Positions 18,242 through 30,077 of a DNA stretch of 64,000 nucleotides are shown here, in pieces. The notes below the pieces were generated by a model. That model was given only the letters and a program-made list of their open reading frames with translations. It did no database searches and had not been told where the DNA came from. Position 1 is the first letter of the stretch; every line of letters starts with the position of its first letter. Made by a program: the position numbers and the translations under genes. The DNA comes from Patescibacteria group bacterium (GTDB lineage: Bacteria > Patescibacteriota > Minisyncoccia > CAIUEV01 > JAHKAQ01), in contig JAYEHH010000032.1 in the NCBI GenBank assembly GCA_034716235.1, positions 370 to 64,369 of the forward strand, in the 5' to 3' direction.

Positions 18242-19735
18242 CTACCCCACCATTTTCATCGCCTCCTCAATTCTTTCTAGGGTCTTATCTTTCCCTAAAA
18301 CCCAAGCACATTCAAAAGGGCTAGGACTTTTCTGTTGTCCTGTTAAAGCAACCCTTAATGGCCATAGCAATTCGCCCTTTTTTTCTTTTGCTACCTCCAG
18401 CAATTTATTTTCAAGAGATTGAATAGTGTATTCTTTCTCAGGGATATTATTTATAGTCTCTTTTGCTTTCTCTAGATTTTTAATAATAGTTTGATTATCC
18501 ATATCTTTCCATTTTAGCAAATCCTTAGAATAATCAATTTTTTCCTCAACTAAATATTCTATATCTTCTAGTAATTCTGAAAGCTTGCTGATTCTTTCTT
18601 TTTGGATAGTGATGACTTTCTTTAGTTTTGTCTCATCCATGATTATATTTTGCTCTTTAAGATATTTTTTGGCGACTTTAAACAAATGATCAACGCTAAT
18701 TGCTTTTAAATATTGAGAGCCTACCCAGTCTAGGTGCCCATAATCAAATTTGGCTCCGGCCTTATTAATTTTTTTGATATCAAATTGGTCAATTAGCTCT
18801 TGTTTAGAAAAAATTTCTTGAGTTGTTTTAGGATTCCACCCTAAAAGCGCGATATGGTTTAAAATTGCTTGGGGAAGATAACCCTTTTTGATAAAATCAC
18901 GAATTCCCACATCGCCATCTCGTTTACTTAATTTCTTTCCGTTCATGTTGAGGAGTTGGGGCAGATGACCGAACTTAGGAATTTTCCAACCAAAGGCTTG
19001 ATAAATTAAAATATGTTTAGGAGTTGAAGATAGCCACTCCTCTCCTCTTAAAATATGAGAGATTTTCATTAGGTGATCATCAACTACTACTGCTAAGTGA
19101 TAAGTTGGATAACCATCAGATTTTAACAATATTTGGTCATCAACCAGCTTGTTTTCAATTGCTATTTTGCCTCGAATTAAGTCATTGAATTCGGTTGTTC
19201 CTTCTGCCGGCACGTTTAAACGGACAACGTAGGGTTCTTTTTTCCTTAATCTCTCTTCAATTTCGCTTTTAGGCAGATGGAGGCAATGTTTATCATACTT
19301 GGGAGCTTGTTTTCTTTTTTGCTGCTCTTTCCTCATTTTTTCCAATCGTTGAGGAGAACAAAAGCAGTAATAGGCCTGCCCTTTGTCAATTAGTTTTTGA
19401 ACATATTTTCTAAAAATAGCTAATCTTTTAGATTGAATGTAATGTCCGTAATTTCCCTTTTCAACTATTTTATCCTGAGCATCTAAATCTATTCCTTCAT
19501 CCCATTCAAGCCCAGCCCATTTTAACGATTTAATTAAATCTTCGGTTGCCTTTTCTACGAAACGATTACGATCAGTATCTTCTAAACGAACTATAAACTG
19601 GCCGTTATTTTTTTTGGCGAAAAGAAAATTAGTCAGGGCGGTACGTAGAGTGCCAATATGAGTAAAACCGGTAGGAGATGGAGCAATCCTAACTCGTATT
19701 TTGGGTGACTGGTTAGAAGAGTTTAAAGTTTTCAT
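18242..19735 (-). CDS. gltX: glutamate--tRNA ligase
   Basis: 497 aa. Motifs: RIAPSPTGFTHIGTLRTAL (HIGH region) and KLSKRDG (KMSKS). Confidence 0.92.
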   Translation of the reverse strand: MKTLNSSNQSPKIRVRIAPSPTGFTHIGTLRTALTNFLFAKKNNGQFIVRLEDTDRNRFVEKATEDLIKSLKWAGLEWDEGIDLDAQDKIVEKGNYGHYIQSKRLAIFRKYVQKLIDKGQAYYCFCSPQRLEKMRKEQQKRKQAPKYDKHCLHLPKSEIEERLRKKEPYVVRLNVPAEGTTEFNDLIRGKIAIENKLVDDQILLKSDGYPTYHLAVVVDDHLMKISHILRGEEWLSSTPKHILIYQAFGWKIPKFGHLPQLLNMNGKKLSKRDGDVGIRDFIKKGYLPQAILNHIALLGWNPKTTQEIFSKQELIDQFDIKKINKAGAKFDYGHLDWVGSQYLKAISVDHLFKVAKKYLKEQNIIMDETKLKKVITIQKERISKLSELLEDIEYLVEEKIDYSKDLLKWKDMDNQTIIKNLEKAKETINNIPEKEYTIQSLENKLLEVAKEKKGELLWPLRVALTGQQKSPSPFECAWVLGKDKTLERIEEAMKMVG

Positions 19736-19772
19736 TTGTTTAACTCAATCGAAAAAAATTAAATAGAAAAAA

Positions 19773-20726
19773 CTATCCCCTTATTACTGCAAAAGTAATA
19801 TAGCTAATATAGGTGAGAATAAATATAGCTCCCTGCCATCTTTCTAGAGTACGCCTTTTCCCAATAAAAATAAAAATAAAAAGTAAAAAACTAGATAAAA
19901 TGACCATCCCCAAATCAACATTACTATTAGTCTGAAAAGCTAGAGGGGCTACGGTGGCACTAATTCCTAAAACCCATAAGAGATTAAAGATGTTGGAGCC
20001 AACAATATTACCAATAGCAATTTCAGCATTTTTTTTGTAAGCGGCTACTGCCGAAGTGGCTAGTTCCGGTAGAGAAGTACCAATGGCTACAATAGTTAAA
20101 CCAACCAAAGTCTTGCTTAACCCTAAAAGTTCAGCAAAATGAATAGCTCCATTAATAATCCACTTACCTCCAAGAGTTAGACCAACTAGGCCAATAACAA
20201 TAAAAATGATTGATTTAAGAGTACTAAATTCTTTTATGTTATTCTTGTCCTTCCCACCTATTTTGGCTATTCCAAAGGTATAATAAATAAAAATAATAAA
20301 AAGCACGAATAAAACTAACCCGTCAATTCTAGAAAGAACGGAAATCTCCATTTTATCAATTAATAAATCGTTAGCTAGGACACCTACTAGCAGAGCAGCC
20401 AGTAATGAAAAAGGTATTTCTTTCCAAACGGTATTTTTTTTGATAGCTAGGGGATAAATTAATGCTGAAACTCCTAAAATTAAAAGAACATTAGAGATAT
20501 TACTTCCAAAAACATTGGCGATGGCTAGTTCTGTTTCGCCGGATCCGGTAGCGAAAAGGTTAACCAGTAATTCTGGAGCAGAAGTTCCAAAGGAAACAAT
20601 AGTAAGCCCAATAACTATATTAGAAATTTTCAATTTTTTAGCAACAGAGGCTGATCCATCAACTAAAAGACCAGCACCTTTAATTAAAGCTACAAAGCCT
20701 AAAACGAAAAGAACAGTAATTAACAT
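19773..20726 (-). CDS. Ca2+/Na+ antiporter (CaCA/YrbG family)
   Basis: 317 aa polytopic protein. Two alpha-repeats are present (GTSAPELLVNL and GTSLPELATS, each followed by GNIVGSNIFN-like motifs). Confidence 0.85.
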   Translation of the reverse strand: MLITVLFVLGFVALIKGAGLLVDGSASVAKKLKISNIVIGLTIVSFGTSAPELLVNLFATGSGETELAIANVFGSNISNVLLILGVSALIYPLAIKKNTVWKEIPFSLLAALLVGVLANDLLIDKMEISVLSRIDGLVLFVLFIIFIYYTFGIAKIGGKDKNNIKEFSTLKSIIFIVIGLVGLTLGGKWIINGAIHFAELLGLSKTLVGLTIVAIGTSLPELATSAVAAYKKNAEIAIGNIVGSNIFNLLWVLGISATVAPLAFQTNSNVDLGMVILSSFLLFIFIFIGKRRTLERWQGAIFILTYISYITFAVIRG

Positions 20727-20949
20727 TCAGATATATTAAAAATTAGGTGTTTAATTATTATCTTTCTCCTAGGATTACTTTGATTTCTTTTTTCCATATT
20801 GATAAATATTAAAAACTAAAAAGCAAATTCTTTTTGCAAATTTATTGTTATTATACTACCGTTTACCTTTTTGTAAAATTTTAATTTTATTTTATTTTTA
20901 AAATCTGCTATGCTTTGAAAGGAAAAATTTAATTATTAAACTAAAATTT

Positions 20950-21219
20950 ATGGCTTATTCATTGGAAAATCCTAAGAGATTTAATAGGATACCCGATCAT
21001 ATTTTTGAGAGAATAGCATATAACGCTTTGAATATGATAGAGAAAGACAAAAAAGCCGAAGCCTTGAAAGTGTTAGAAGATGAAAAATTTAGAAAAAAAG
21101 CTACTCAATTCTGGGAAGGAAAATTTATTGGAGATGATTCAACAAAAGCCGAGATTGAATTGGCAAAGGGATTAAAAATAAGATTGGAAGAAGAGCTTAA
21201 AGACAATGATTTAACTTAA
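20950..21219 (+). CDS. hypothetical small helical protein
   Basis: 89-aa ORF with no competing ORF and a charged helical composition. No family recognised. Confidence 0.4.
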   Translation: MAYSLENPKRFNRIPDHIFERIAYNALNMIEKDKKAEALKVLEDEKFRKKATQFWEGKFIGDDSTKAEIELAKGLKIRLEEELKDNDLT

Positions 21220-21632
21220 TAAAGATTATAGATATTTTTTAAACTAAAAAAGCCCGCCTCACTATTTAAAAAAATAGATAAAGCGGACTTTTTTCAATTC
21301 TCTAAAGTAATATAATCTCCGTAAATTAGCTAAAAACAAATTAATTGCGGTAAACGATCTATTAGTAATGCTTGGCTGAACGTGTTACCACGCTTACACC
21401 TACATCCTATCAACCTCGTCATCTTCGAGGAGATCTAAGCCTAATCTTGGGTTGGGCTTCGCGCTTATATGCTTTCAGCGCTTATCCACATCCGACTATA
21501 GCTACCCAGCAATGCCCTTGGTAGGGACAACTGGTACACCAGAGGTCGATTCATCCCGGTCCTCTCGTACTAGGGATGAGATCCCTCAAGCTTTCTCGCG
21601 CCTATGGAAGATAGGGACCAACCTGTTTTACA

Positions 21633-21664
<32 letters not shown>

Positions 21665-21679
21665 TTGGCGAACAGCCAA

Positions 21680-21726
<47 letters not shown>

Positions 21727-22007
21727 AGTAGCGAACAGCCTCGTCTATATGAGCTATCGGAGGCTACCACTCTGTTATCCCCGGGGTAACTTTTATCTGC
21801 TGAGCTTCCGCGATCCTACGATCCACGGTCGGATCACTAAATCCCGCTTTCGCGACTGCGCGACCTATAAGTCTTGCAGTAAAGCCGGCATCTGCTTTTG
21901 CGCTATCAGTCCGATTTCCATCCGGACCTAGCCGACCTTTGTGAACGACTCCGTTACAATTTGGGAGTCGAGCGCCCCACTCAAACTACCCACCAGACAC
22001 TGTTCCC

Positions 22008-22091
22008 GAGCTGGTGTTTAGTTACCTCTGGTAAATTTCACTGTTTCACATTTAATCAAGAAATCCCCAAAACATAGCTAAACATCAGCTC
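22008..22091 (-). other. ~70-nt expansion of the 23S helix homologous to E. coli H79
   Basis: Between the conserved ctaac and gacagtgtctggtggg blocks E. coli has ~23 nt; here there are ~91 nt. The extra sequence is closed by the stem gagctggtgtttag / ctaaacatcagctc. Confidence 0.6.
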
Positions 22092-22363
22092 AAGGTTAGA
22101 ACTACACGATTCACAGGGTGGTATTTCACTGATGACTCCATCTATCCCAAAGGATAAATCTCAAAGTCTCCCACCTATACTGAGCAATAAATTGTATAGA
22201 TCAATGTCAAGCTGTAGTAAAGCTCCACGGGGTCTTTCCGTCTTTCCATAGGCAAACGGCATCTTTACCGCTACTGCAATTTCACCGGGTCCTTCGTTGA
22301 GACAGTCTCCAAGTCGTTACCCCATTCGTGCAGGTCTGAACTTACCAGACAAGGAAATTCGCT

Positions 22364-22716
22364 CTGTTTTGTTAATCTTTATGTCACCATAAAGCACGGA
22401 CTATATCTTTCCGCTAAATTTAAGTCAAAAAATTTAGGCGGATTCAGCGTTTAGTCTCTGAGGATTCTAAAAATCTTTTTTAGTCTTTCCTGCTGATTAT
22501 CTGGCACCTCGGATCTTTTCCGAGAATTACTGATAACTTTTTTACTTGGCATAGCTTTATAAAAATCTATGGAATAACTATACCATAGTAGTCTCAGATT
22601 TTCCAGATTTTCCAGCATATAGCTGAATGTTTTAGGACATCTTAATAATTTAAGATAGGCAGCGTTAATAATATAATTGTTCCAGTCCTTTTGGAATCTA
22701 AATATTAAATTCCAAA
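22364..22716 (-). ncRNA. group I intron in 23S domain IV (between ...CCUAAGGU and AGCGAAAUUCC...), no ORF
   Basis: The conserved exon sequence ctaaggt|agcgaaattcc is split by ~353 nt. The 5' exon ends in U and the insert ends in G (aaaacag|agcg). The insert contains the group I catalytic-core consensus cagagactaaacgctg ... ggaaagatatagtccg, comparable to Tetrahymena ACAGACUAAAUGUCGG ... AAGAUAUAGUCGG. No ORF over 60 aa is present, so there is no homing endonuclease. Confidence 0.85.
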
Positions 22717-22896
22717 ACCTTAGAACAATTATAGTTATTGCTGACGTTCACCGGGGCTTCAGAGATTGGCGTTAACCGCTCTCGTTAACCTTCCGGCACT
22801 GGTCAGGGGTCAGCCCCTATACATCCCCTTACGGGTTAGCAGGGACCTATGTTTTTGATAAACAGTCGCCCGGAGTCTTTAGCTGTGGCCGACGAA

Positions 22897-23229
22897 TGTA
22901 CTGAATGGTGAATCCGAACTAGATAATTATCTGGTTCGGATTGTATGTGGGTTATTAATATTTTATTATGCTTTCTAACAAAGCGTTGCTAGGGTGCATA
23001 AAACGGTGACAATCGTCCAAAGTAGAAAGCCTATTAAAGGCATCTCTGCTAGGCCAATTGCCGTGCTCATCATCTTCTTTGTTCTTCCTTTCATATTGAT
23101 CCTCCTCCTCTAATTTCAATTTAAAAAACATAATTTACCCACACTTACCTTTTTTATTTTTTCTCCTTTCCTAAATCCATTTAGATTTCTTGGATTTAGA
23201 TTTTAAAGTTCAATTCACCATTCAGTACA
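22897..23229 (-). other. ~330-nt stem-bounded insertion (IVS or expansion segment) replacing 23S helix 63
   Basis: It lies between the conserved cttcgggataaggc and ggccacagctaaagactccgggcgactgtttatcaaaaac blocks. A perfect 17-bp inverted repeat (tgtactgaatggtgaat 22897-22913 / attcaccattcagtaca 23213-23229), extended by gccgac/gtcggc, closes ~300 nt of AT-rich non-rRNA sequence. Confidence 0.75.
22975..23094 (-). CDS. 39-codon ORF for a small hydrophobic peptide inside the 23S insertion (MKGRTKKMMSTAIGLAEMPLIGFLLWTIVTVLCTLATLC)
   Basis: It is on the same strand as the rRNA. gaggaggagg lies 6 nt upstream of the ATG (complement of 23101-23110). The basic N-terminus is followed by a ~22-residue hydrophobic helix, and the stop is TAG at 22975-22977. 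It is too short for the ORF track. Coding status is unproven. Confidence 0.35.
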   Translation of the reverse strand: MKGRTKKMMSTAIGLAEMPLIGFLLWTIVTVLCTLATLC

Positions 23230-24453
23230 CTGTCGGCAGGCCTTATCCCGAAGTTACGGCCGCTATTTTGCCGAGTTCCTTAACGAAGGTTCTCCCGTTC
23301 ACCTTGGGCTACTCGCCCTACCCACCTGTGTTGGTTTAAGTACGGATTAAACCTAAATATTTTCACAAAGCTTTTCCAGGAAGTCTATTCGCTCGAATCT
23401 GTTCCACTTGCGTTTCACATTTTTCCGCACCTTTTAAAAAGATGAAGAAACGTCAAACCATTAAGACGCTCAAGTTAGCTGACTTCGCACTTTGCTACAA
23501 CTTAGATTTAAGTCAAGGAATATTAACCTTGTGCCCATCGACTACGCTTTTCAGCCTCGCCTTAGGACCGACTAACCCTGGGCTGATTATCATCGCCCAG
23601 GAAACCTCAGGTTTTTGGTGGAAAGGAATCTAACCTTTCTTGCGGTTACTCATACCAACATTCTCTCTTCCATTAGCTCCACTAAAACTCACATTTTAGC
23701 TTCACAGCGCATGGAATGTTCTCCTACCCCGCCATACTCTAAAAAGAATATGACAGCCATAGTTTCGGTACTATGTTTGAGCCCCATTATATCTTCGGCG
23801 CGGAACGACTAGACTAGTGAGCTGTTACGCACTCTTTAAAGGAATGGCTGCTTCTAAGCCAACCTTCTAGCTGTTTAAGAAGTTCTACATCCTTTTCCAC
23901 TTAACATAGATTAGGGACCTTAACTAATGGTCTGGGCTGTTTCCCTTTCGTAAATGAAGCTTAGCCCCCACTTACTGACTCGTTAGACTTGTATATTGGA
24001 ATTCGGAGTTTGGTTGAGTGCCCTAGACAAAAGTCATGGATACTCATTCAGTGCTCTACCTCCAATACCAACTATCTAACGGCTATACCTAGATATATTT
24101 CGGAGAAAACCAGCTATCGCCGAGTTCGATTAGCATTTCACCTCTAACCACAGCTCATCCCAGCGTGTTGAACGGCGCTTGGGTGCGGACCTCCACCGCT
24201 TTTTAAGGCGGCTTCATCCTGGCCATGGCTAGCTCACTCGGCTTCGGGTCTGACCCTAACGACAGGGGGCGCCACTTAAGACTCGCTTTCGCTGCGGCTC
24301 TTCCGCCTAGACGGATTAACCAAGCCGTTAAAATCAACTCGTTGGTTCGTTCTGCAAAAAGCACGCGGTCACCGGCTCAAAAAAAACTTGAGCGGGCTCC
24401 CACTCGTTGTAAGCACACGGTTTCAGAAACTATTTCACTTCCCTTTCGGGATA

Positions 24454-24495
<42 letters not shown>

Positions 24496-25309
24496 AAAGT
24501 GTATTTAGTCTTACCGGGTTAGTACCGGCAAATTCACCTGGAATTTCTCTAGTTCCAGGCTACTCAAGATAAAATAACTCAGAGTGATTAATTGTTTTCG
24601 CCTACAGGACTTTTACCTTCTAAGGTAAGCCTTTCCAGGCATTTTTGGCTAACAACTAATGCTTTTTACTCTGCCAATACTAAAAGTTGTAAAAGCACAA
24701 TAAAATTATACTTTTACAATTTCAGTTCGGACGCTATTGAACTTATTACCCTCAGTAAAAACTGAGTTTGGACTTTTCCCCGTTCGCTCGCCGCTACTTA
24801 GGGAATAACTATTGTTGTTTTTTCCTTCGGCTACTAAGATGTTTCAATTCGCCGAGTATGCTTTTTACTCCTATGTATTCAGAGTAAAATTCTATTCAAA
24901 AATGAATAGAGGGTTTCCCCATTCGGAAATTCCCGGATCAAAGCTTGCTTGACAGCTCCCCGAGACTTTTCGCAGCCTGCTACGCCCTTCATCGCCACTT
25001 TGTACCAAGGCATCCACCATATGCTCTTATAACCACAATTTATTAGTGTTTTTAGCTAATTCACAAAGATTATTTGTAAATTAATTGCAATCACTTAAAT
25101 ACCATTTTGCCTAATAATTGTTTTTAACCACAATCTCCAAACAACTATTATTAAAATAAATTGTTAAAGTCCATTATGTGGCCTAAAAGGTAGTTTTTAA
25201 AAATAAAAACCGCTTTTCAAGCCGCTAATTCTTTAAAATAAATTAGACCCAAAAACTAGCCAAGGAACAGCTCTTAATAAATTCTCAATAAAATAATACT
25301 ATAAAAATT

Positions 25310-25337
25310 ATTATAGCAATAAATAAGTTAGTGTCAA
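25310..25337 (-). promoter_or_regulatory. consensus sigma70-type promoter upstream of 23S (TTGACA-16nt-TATAAT)
   Basis: The minus strand reads cagTTGACActaacttatttattgcTATAATaatt. It lies ~270 nt upstream of the mature 23S 5' end and downstream of the atpC stop. Confidence 0.5.
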
Positions 25338-25401
25338 CTGAATGTAAACCAACCTCTAATCTCTAAATTAATAAATAGACAATTCAGAGCTTATAATTTC
25401 T

Positions 25402-25836
25402 TTATCCTCTCCGCCTCTTCTTCAACACCTTAAGCTTAACAAGCTCTTTTTTTAATCTAGCCTCCGCTTCAACGGTAGCAACTTTAGAAATATTTTCTTT
25501 ATTTTTCAAAGCCTCTTCGGCTTCTGCCTTAGCTTTTAAAATTAATTTTTCGCTCATCTCTTCAACCCTATCAGCCGAGTTGGCAAAGATACTCACTTCG
25601 TCATTATCTACCTCTACGAATCCTTCCGTGGTAACCAAAAATGATTTTTCACCCCCGGCTTTCTTTTTTAGGTAAATTTCCCCAAGGCTAATAACCCCCA
25701 CTAACGATTCATGCCCGGGCAGAATGGTAATCTGACCTACCGTGGTTGGAAGAGTTATTTGACTTATTTCTTCACTGTAAACTACTTTTTCTGGAGTAAC
25801 TATTTTAAACTGGATTGTCTTTGAATCTTCAGACAT
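25402..25836 (-). CDS. atpC: F1 ATP synthase subunit epsilon
   Basis: 144 aa. The N-terminal beta-sandwich pattern (IVTPEKVVYSEEISQITLPTTVGQITILPGHESLV) and its position as the last gene of the atp operon support the call. Confidence 0.85.
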   Translation of the reverse strand: MSEDSKTIQFKIVTPEKVVYSEEISQITLPTTVGQITILPGHESLVGVISLGEIYLKKKAGGEKSFLVTTEGFVEVDNDEVSIFANSADRVEEMSEKLILKAKAEAEEALKNKENISKVATVEAEARLKKELVKLKVLKKRRRG

Positions 25837-25865
25837 AAAAATTTAAAATTATAGAAAATTTAAAA

Positions 25866-27308
<1,443 letters not shown>

Positions 27309-27353
27309 TTAAAAGTTAAGGTTAAGTTATAAAGTTCATAAATGATAAAAAAT

Positions 27354-27393
27354 AATTTTCAATTTTCAATTCACAATTTACAATTAAGGAATA
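27354..27393 (-). repeat. 40-nt AT-rich word module tattccttaattgNaaattgtgaattgaaaattgaaaatt upstream of atpD
   Basis: Its reverse complement matches 56306-56345 at 39/40 positions, in the same orientation relative to the downstream gene (atpD here, valS there). Confidence 0.7.
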
Positions 27394-27403
27394 TCTTTTT
27401 TAC

Positions 27404-27489
27404 GGTCATTCCCGCGAAGGCGGGAATCCCGAACAAATTGAGAAAGATTTAATTTTGTTTGTAGAGACGGGTTTCAAACCCATCTCTAC
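27404..27489 (-). repeat. GC-rich hairpin modules in the atpG-atpD spacer
   Basis: ggtcattcccgcgaaggcgggaatcccgaacaaatt belongs to the same family as 1063-1140. A second hairpin, gtagagacgggtttcaaacccatctctac (11-bp stem), overlaps the atpG stop codon at 27486-27488. Confidence 0.6.
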
Positions 27490-28457
27490 TCCAAGGCTAC
27501 CATACCTCCGCTAATTTCTGCCAATTCTGAAGTAATAGCTGCCTGCCTAGCTTGGTTATATTGTAAATTAAAATTATAAATCATGTCGGTGGCTGTATCG
27601 CTAGCATTTTTCATGGTGAGCATTCTCGCTGAAAATTCAGAAGCCTGAGACTCTAGGAAGGCTTGATAAATCTGACCTCCTACTATTTTAGGTAAAATAA
27701 TATCTAAAATCTTTCTTCGGCTTGGCTCAAAGGTGTAATATTTTTGGCTTACTTCCTTTCTAACTTCTTCCATTCCTCCTTTTTCTGGGCCCTCGTCACC
27801 CAATTCTTCCAATTGTTTCTCTAAATCCTTTCTTGAAATTGGAAGAACTTGCCTTAAACGAGGTTTATTGGATACCGTTGAAATAAAATCGGTATAAGCT
27901 ACGATAACTTTATCATATTTTTTTTCGATATAACCATCAATGGCTATTTTAGCAACTGGGTCTAAATCACCAAGGGATGATTGTTCGTTTAACTCGGTAA
28001 AAGAAGCGGTTAAATTTTGACGAGCCTTTAGCATTTCTTCTTGTCCCTTTTTCCCTACGGCGATTATGTCAATCTCCGCCTCGGCAATATCAATTCTTGG
28101 CAAAAACTTTTTCCCCCAAATTCTGTTAACCATCATATTGTAAGGATCTTTAATGTTGGAAAGAACCTTACGGGTTAATTGATAATTTAACCCTCCACAC
28201 AATCCTTTATTGGAAGTAATCAAGATTATGCAAATTTTTCTAGCATCACGAAGTACTAAAAGAGGATGAGCCGTTTTTACCGATTCTGTTATTCTAGTTA
28301 AAATCTCCCAAGCTGTTTGACTATATTCACGCGTAGATACGGCATGGTCAATAATCCGCTTCATTTTTGAAGCAGCTATCATTTCCATCGCCTTAGTAAT
28401 CTTCTTGGTGCTTTTAATTGATTTTAATCTAGCGCGTAATTGCTTGGTATTAGCCAT
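27486..28457 (-). CDS. atpG: F1 ATP synthase subunit gamma
   Basis: 323 aa. N-terminal RLKSIKSTKKITKAMEMIAASKM and C-terminal ITSELAEISGG are typical of subunit gamma. Confidence 0.9.
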   Translation of the reverse strand: MANTKQLRARLKSIKSTKKITKAMEMIAASKMKRIIDHAVSTREYSQTAWEILTRITESVKTAHPLLVLRDARKICIILITSNKGLCGGLNYQLTRKVLSNIKDPYNMMVNRIWGKKFLPRIDIAEAEIDIIAVGKKGQEEMLKARQNLTASFTELNEQSSLGDLDPVAKIAIDGYIEKKYDKVIVAYTDFISTVSNKPRLRQVLPISRKDLEKQLEELGDEGPEKGGMEEVRKEVSQKYYTFEPSRRKILDIILPKIVGGQIYQAFLESQASEFSARMLTMKNASDTATDMIYNFNLQYNQARQAAITSELAEISGGMVALE

Positions 28458-28496
28458 TATAGGAATGTCTATTGTTAAACTCTTCGTTTGATAAAA

Positions 28497-30041
28497 TTAA
28501 TCTTTACTCTTTTGAGGCGCTGTCATGTCCCCTTCTTTAACTTGGCTTTTTACAAAATCTGCTAAAACTTCCTTAATTTTCTGGTGGCTTTTATCATCTA
28601 AGATTCCTTCTTTCTCTATCTTTTCAATAACTTTATTCAACTTTATTTCAGCAATTTCTAGCCATTGTTTTTCATACTCTTTTACTTTATCTACCTTGAT
28701 TTTATCAAAAGCTCCTTCATTGGTTGCTAAAACGGAAAGCATTTGATGAGACATCTTCATACCATCGCCTTGGTCCTGCTTAATAATTTCCGTTAGTCGT
28801 TTTCCTCTTCTGATTTGCTTCTTGGTAGTTTTATCTAGATCTGAAGAAAATTCAGCAAAGGTTGCCATTTCTCGAAATTGAGCTAAATCCAAACGCATTT
28901 TACCAGCCACTGTTTTAACTGCTTTAGTTTGAGCAGCTGATCCTACCCTAGACACAGAGAGACCAATATTAATTGCCGGCTTAATCCCTTGATGAAAAAG
29001 ATCCGATTCTAAATAAATCTGTCCATCCGTGATAGAAATTACATTAGTAGGAATATAGGCAGAAACATCACCCGCCTGAGTTTCAATGATGGGTAGGGCA
29101 GTCAAGGTGCCACCTCCACTTTTCTCTCCTAGACAAGCAGCTCGTTCTAATAATCTGGAATGGATATAGAAAATATCTCCCGGGTAAGCTTCTCTTCCCG
29201 GTGGCCTTCTTAATAAAAGAGAAATTTGACGATAGCTCCAGGCGTGCTTGCTTAAATCATCATAAACAATCAAAACATCCTTGCCTTGATCCATAAAATA
29301 CTCTCCAATAGCACAACCAGCGTAAGGAGCAATATAAGAAAGGGCTGCTGGCTCAGAAGATCCAGCCAAAACAATAATCGTATGTTTTAAAGCGTCTTTC
29401 TTCTCTAGTTCAGCCACGATTCTAGCCACTTTTGATTTTTTCTGACCGATAGCTACATAGATACAGATACAATTTTGTCCCTTTTGATTAATAATTGCAT
29501 CAATAGCAATGGTTGTTTTCCCCGTTTGTCTATCTCCAATTATTAATTCTCTTTGTCCTCTACCAATAGGAATCATTAAATCAATGGCTTTAATACCAGT
29601 TTGCAAAGGAGCAGTAACCGGTTTTCTGGCAATAACGCCCGGAGCAATTTTTTCAACAGGATAAAATGTTTTACTGGTAATTTCTTCTTTATTATCCAGA
29701 GGACGACCCAAGGGATTAACCACCCTGCCAATCATTTTGTTGCTCACTGGAATTGATAAGACCTTGCCGGTAGATTTAACAATATCTCCAGCTTTAATTT
29801 TGGAAGAATCACCTAGAATAATTGCCCCCACATTGTCTTCCTTCAAATTTAAAACAACTCCATAGATATCATTTCCAAAATCTAAGAGTTCCGAATTCAT
29901 TGCCTCAGGCAACCCAGAAATGACAGCTACTCCATCTCCTATCTCTACAATTTCACCGATTGCCTCAGCCGTTGTCTCTGTTTTTAACTGGCTAATTTCT
30001 TTTTTTAAAAACTCAATGATTTGATCTTTTTGAGAAGCCAT
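28497..30041 (-). CDS. atpA: F1 ATP synthase subunit alpha
   Basis: 514 aa. It has Walker [10 protein letters not shown] and the [13 protein letters not shown] motif. Confidence 0.95.
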   Translation of the reverse strand: MASQKDQIIEFLKKEISQLKTETTAEAIGEIVEIGDGVAVISGLPEAMNSELLDFGNDIYGVVLNLKEDNVGAIILGDSSKIKAGDIVKSTGKVLSIPVSNKMIGRVVNPLGRPLDNKEEITSKTFYPVEKIAPGVIARKPVTAPLQTGIKAIDLMIPIGRGQRELIIGDRQTGKTTIAIDAIINQKGQNCICIYVAIGQKKSKVARIVAELEKKDALKHTIIVLAGSSEPAALSYIAPYAGCAIGEYFMDQGKDVLIVYDDLSKHAWSYRQISLLLRRPPGREAYPGDIFYIHSRLLERAACLGEKSGGGTLTALPIIETQAGDVSAYIPTNVISITDGQIYLESDLFHQGIKPAINIGLSVSRVGSAAQTKAVKTVAGKMRLDLAQFREMATFAEFSSDLDKTTKKQIRRGKRLTEIIKQDQGDGMKMSHQMLSVLATNEGAFDKIKVDKVKEYEKQWLEIAEIKLNKVIEKIEKEGILDDKSHQKIKEVLADFVKSQVKEGDMTAPQKSKD

Positions 30042-30077
30042 ATTCTAATTTAAACTATTTAAAATTTCCGTTTGCTC

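Noticed and set aside
21220-21348. Search for 5S rRNA or tRNA downstream of 23S, and for 16S or tRNA upstream (25037..25401).
   Set aside because: The sequences are AT-rich, with no 5S-like helices and no tRNA T-loop (GGTTCGAATCC-type) or cloverleaf. Only the processing-stem complement and a promoter were seen.
21482-21490. Perfect DnaA-box-like ttatccaca; parAB at 5.6-7.3 kb prompted a look for oriC.
   Set aside because: It is a single box inside the 23S rRNA gene. No cluster of boxes, AT-rich unwinding element or dnaA gene occurs in the window.
27461-27489. gggtttcaaaccc as a possible tRNA T-arm.
   Set aside because: The flanking sequence forms one long perfect hairpin and cannot form acceptor, D or anticodon arms.
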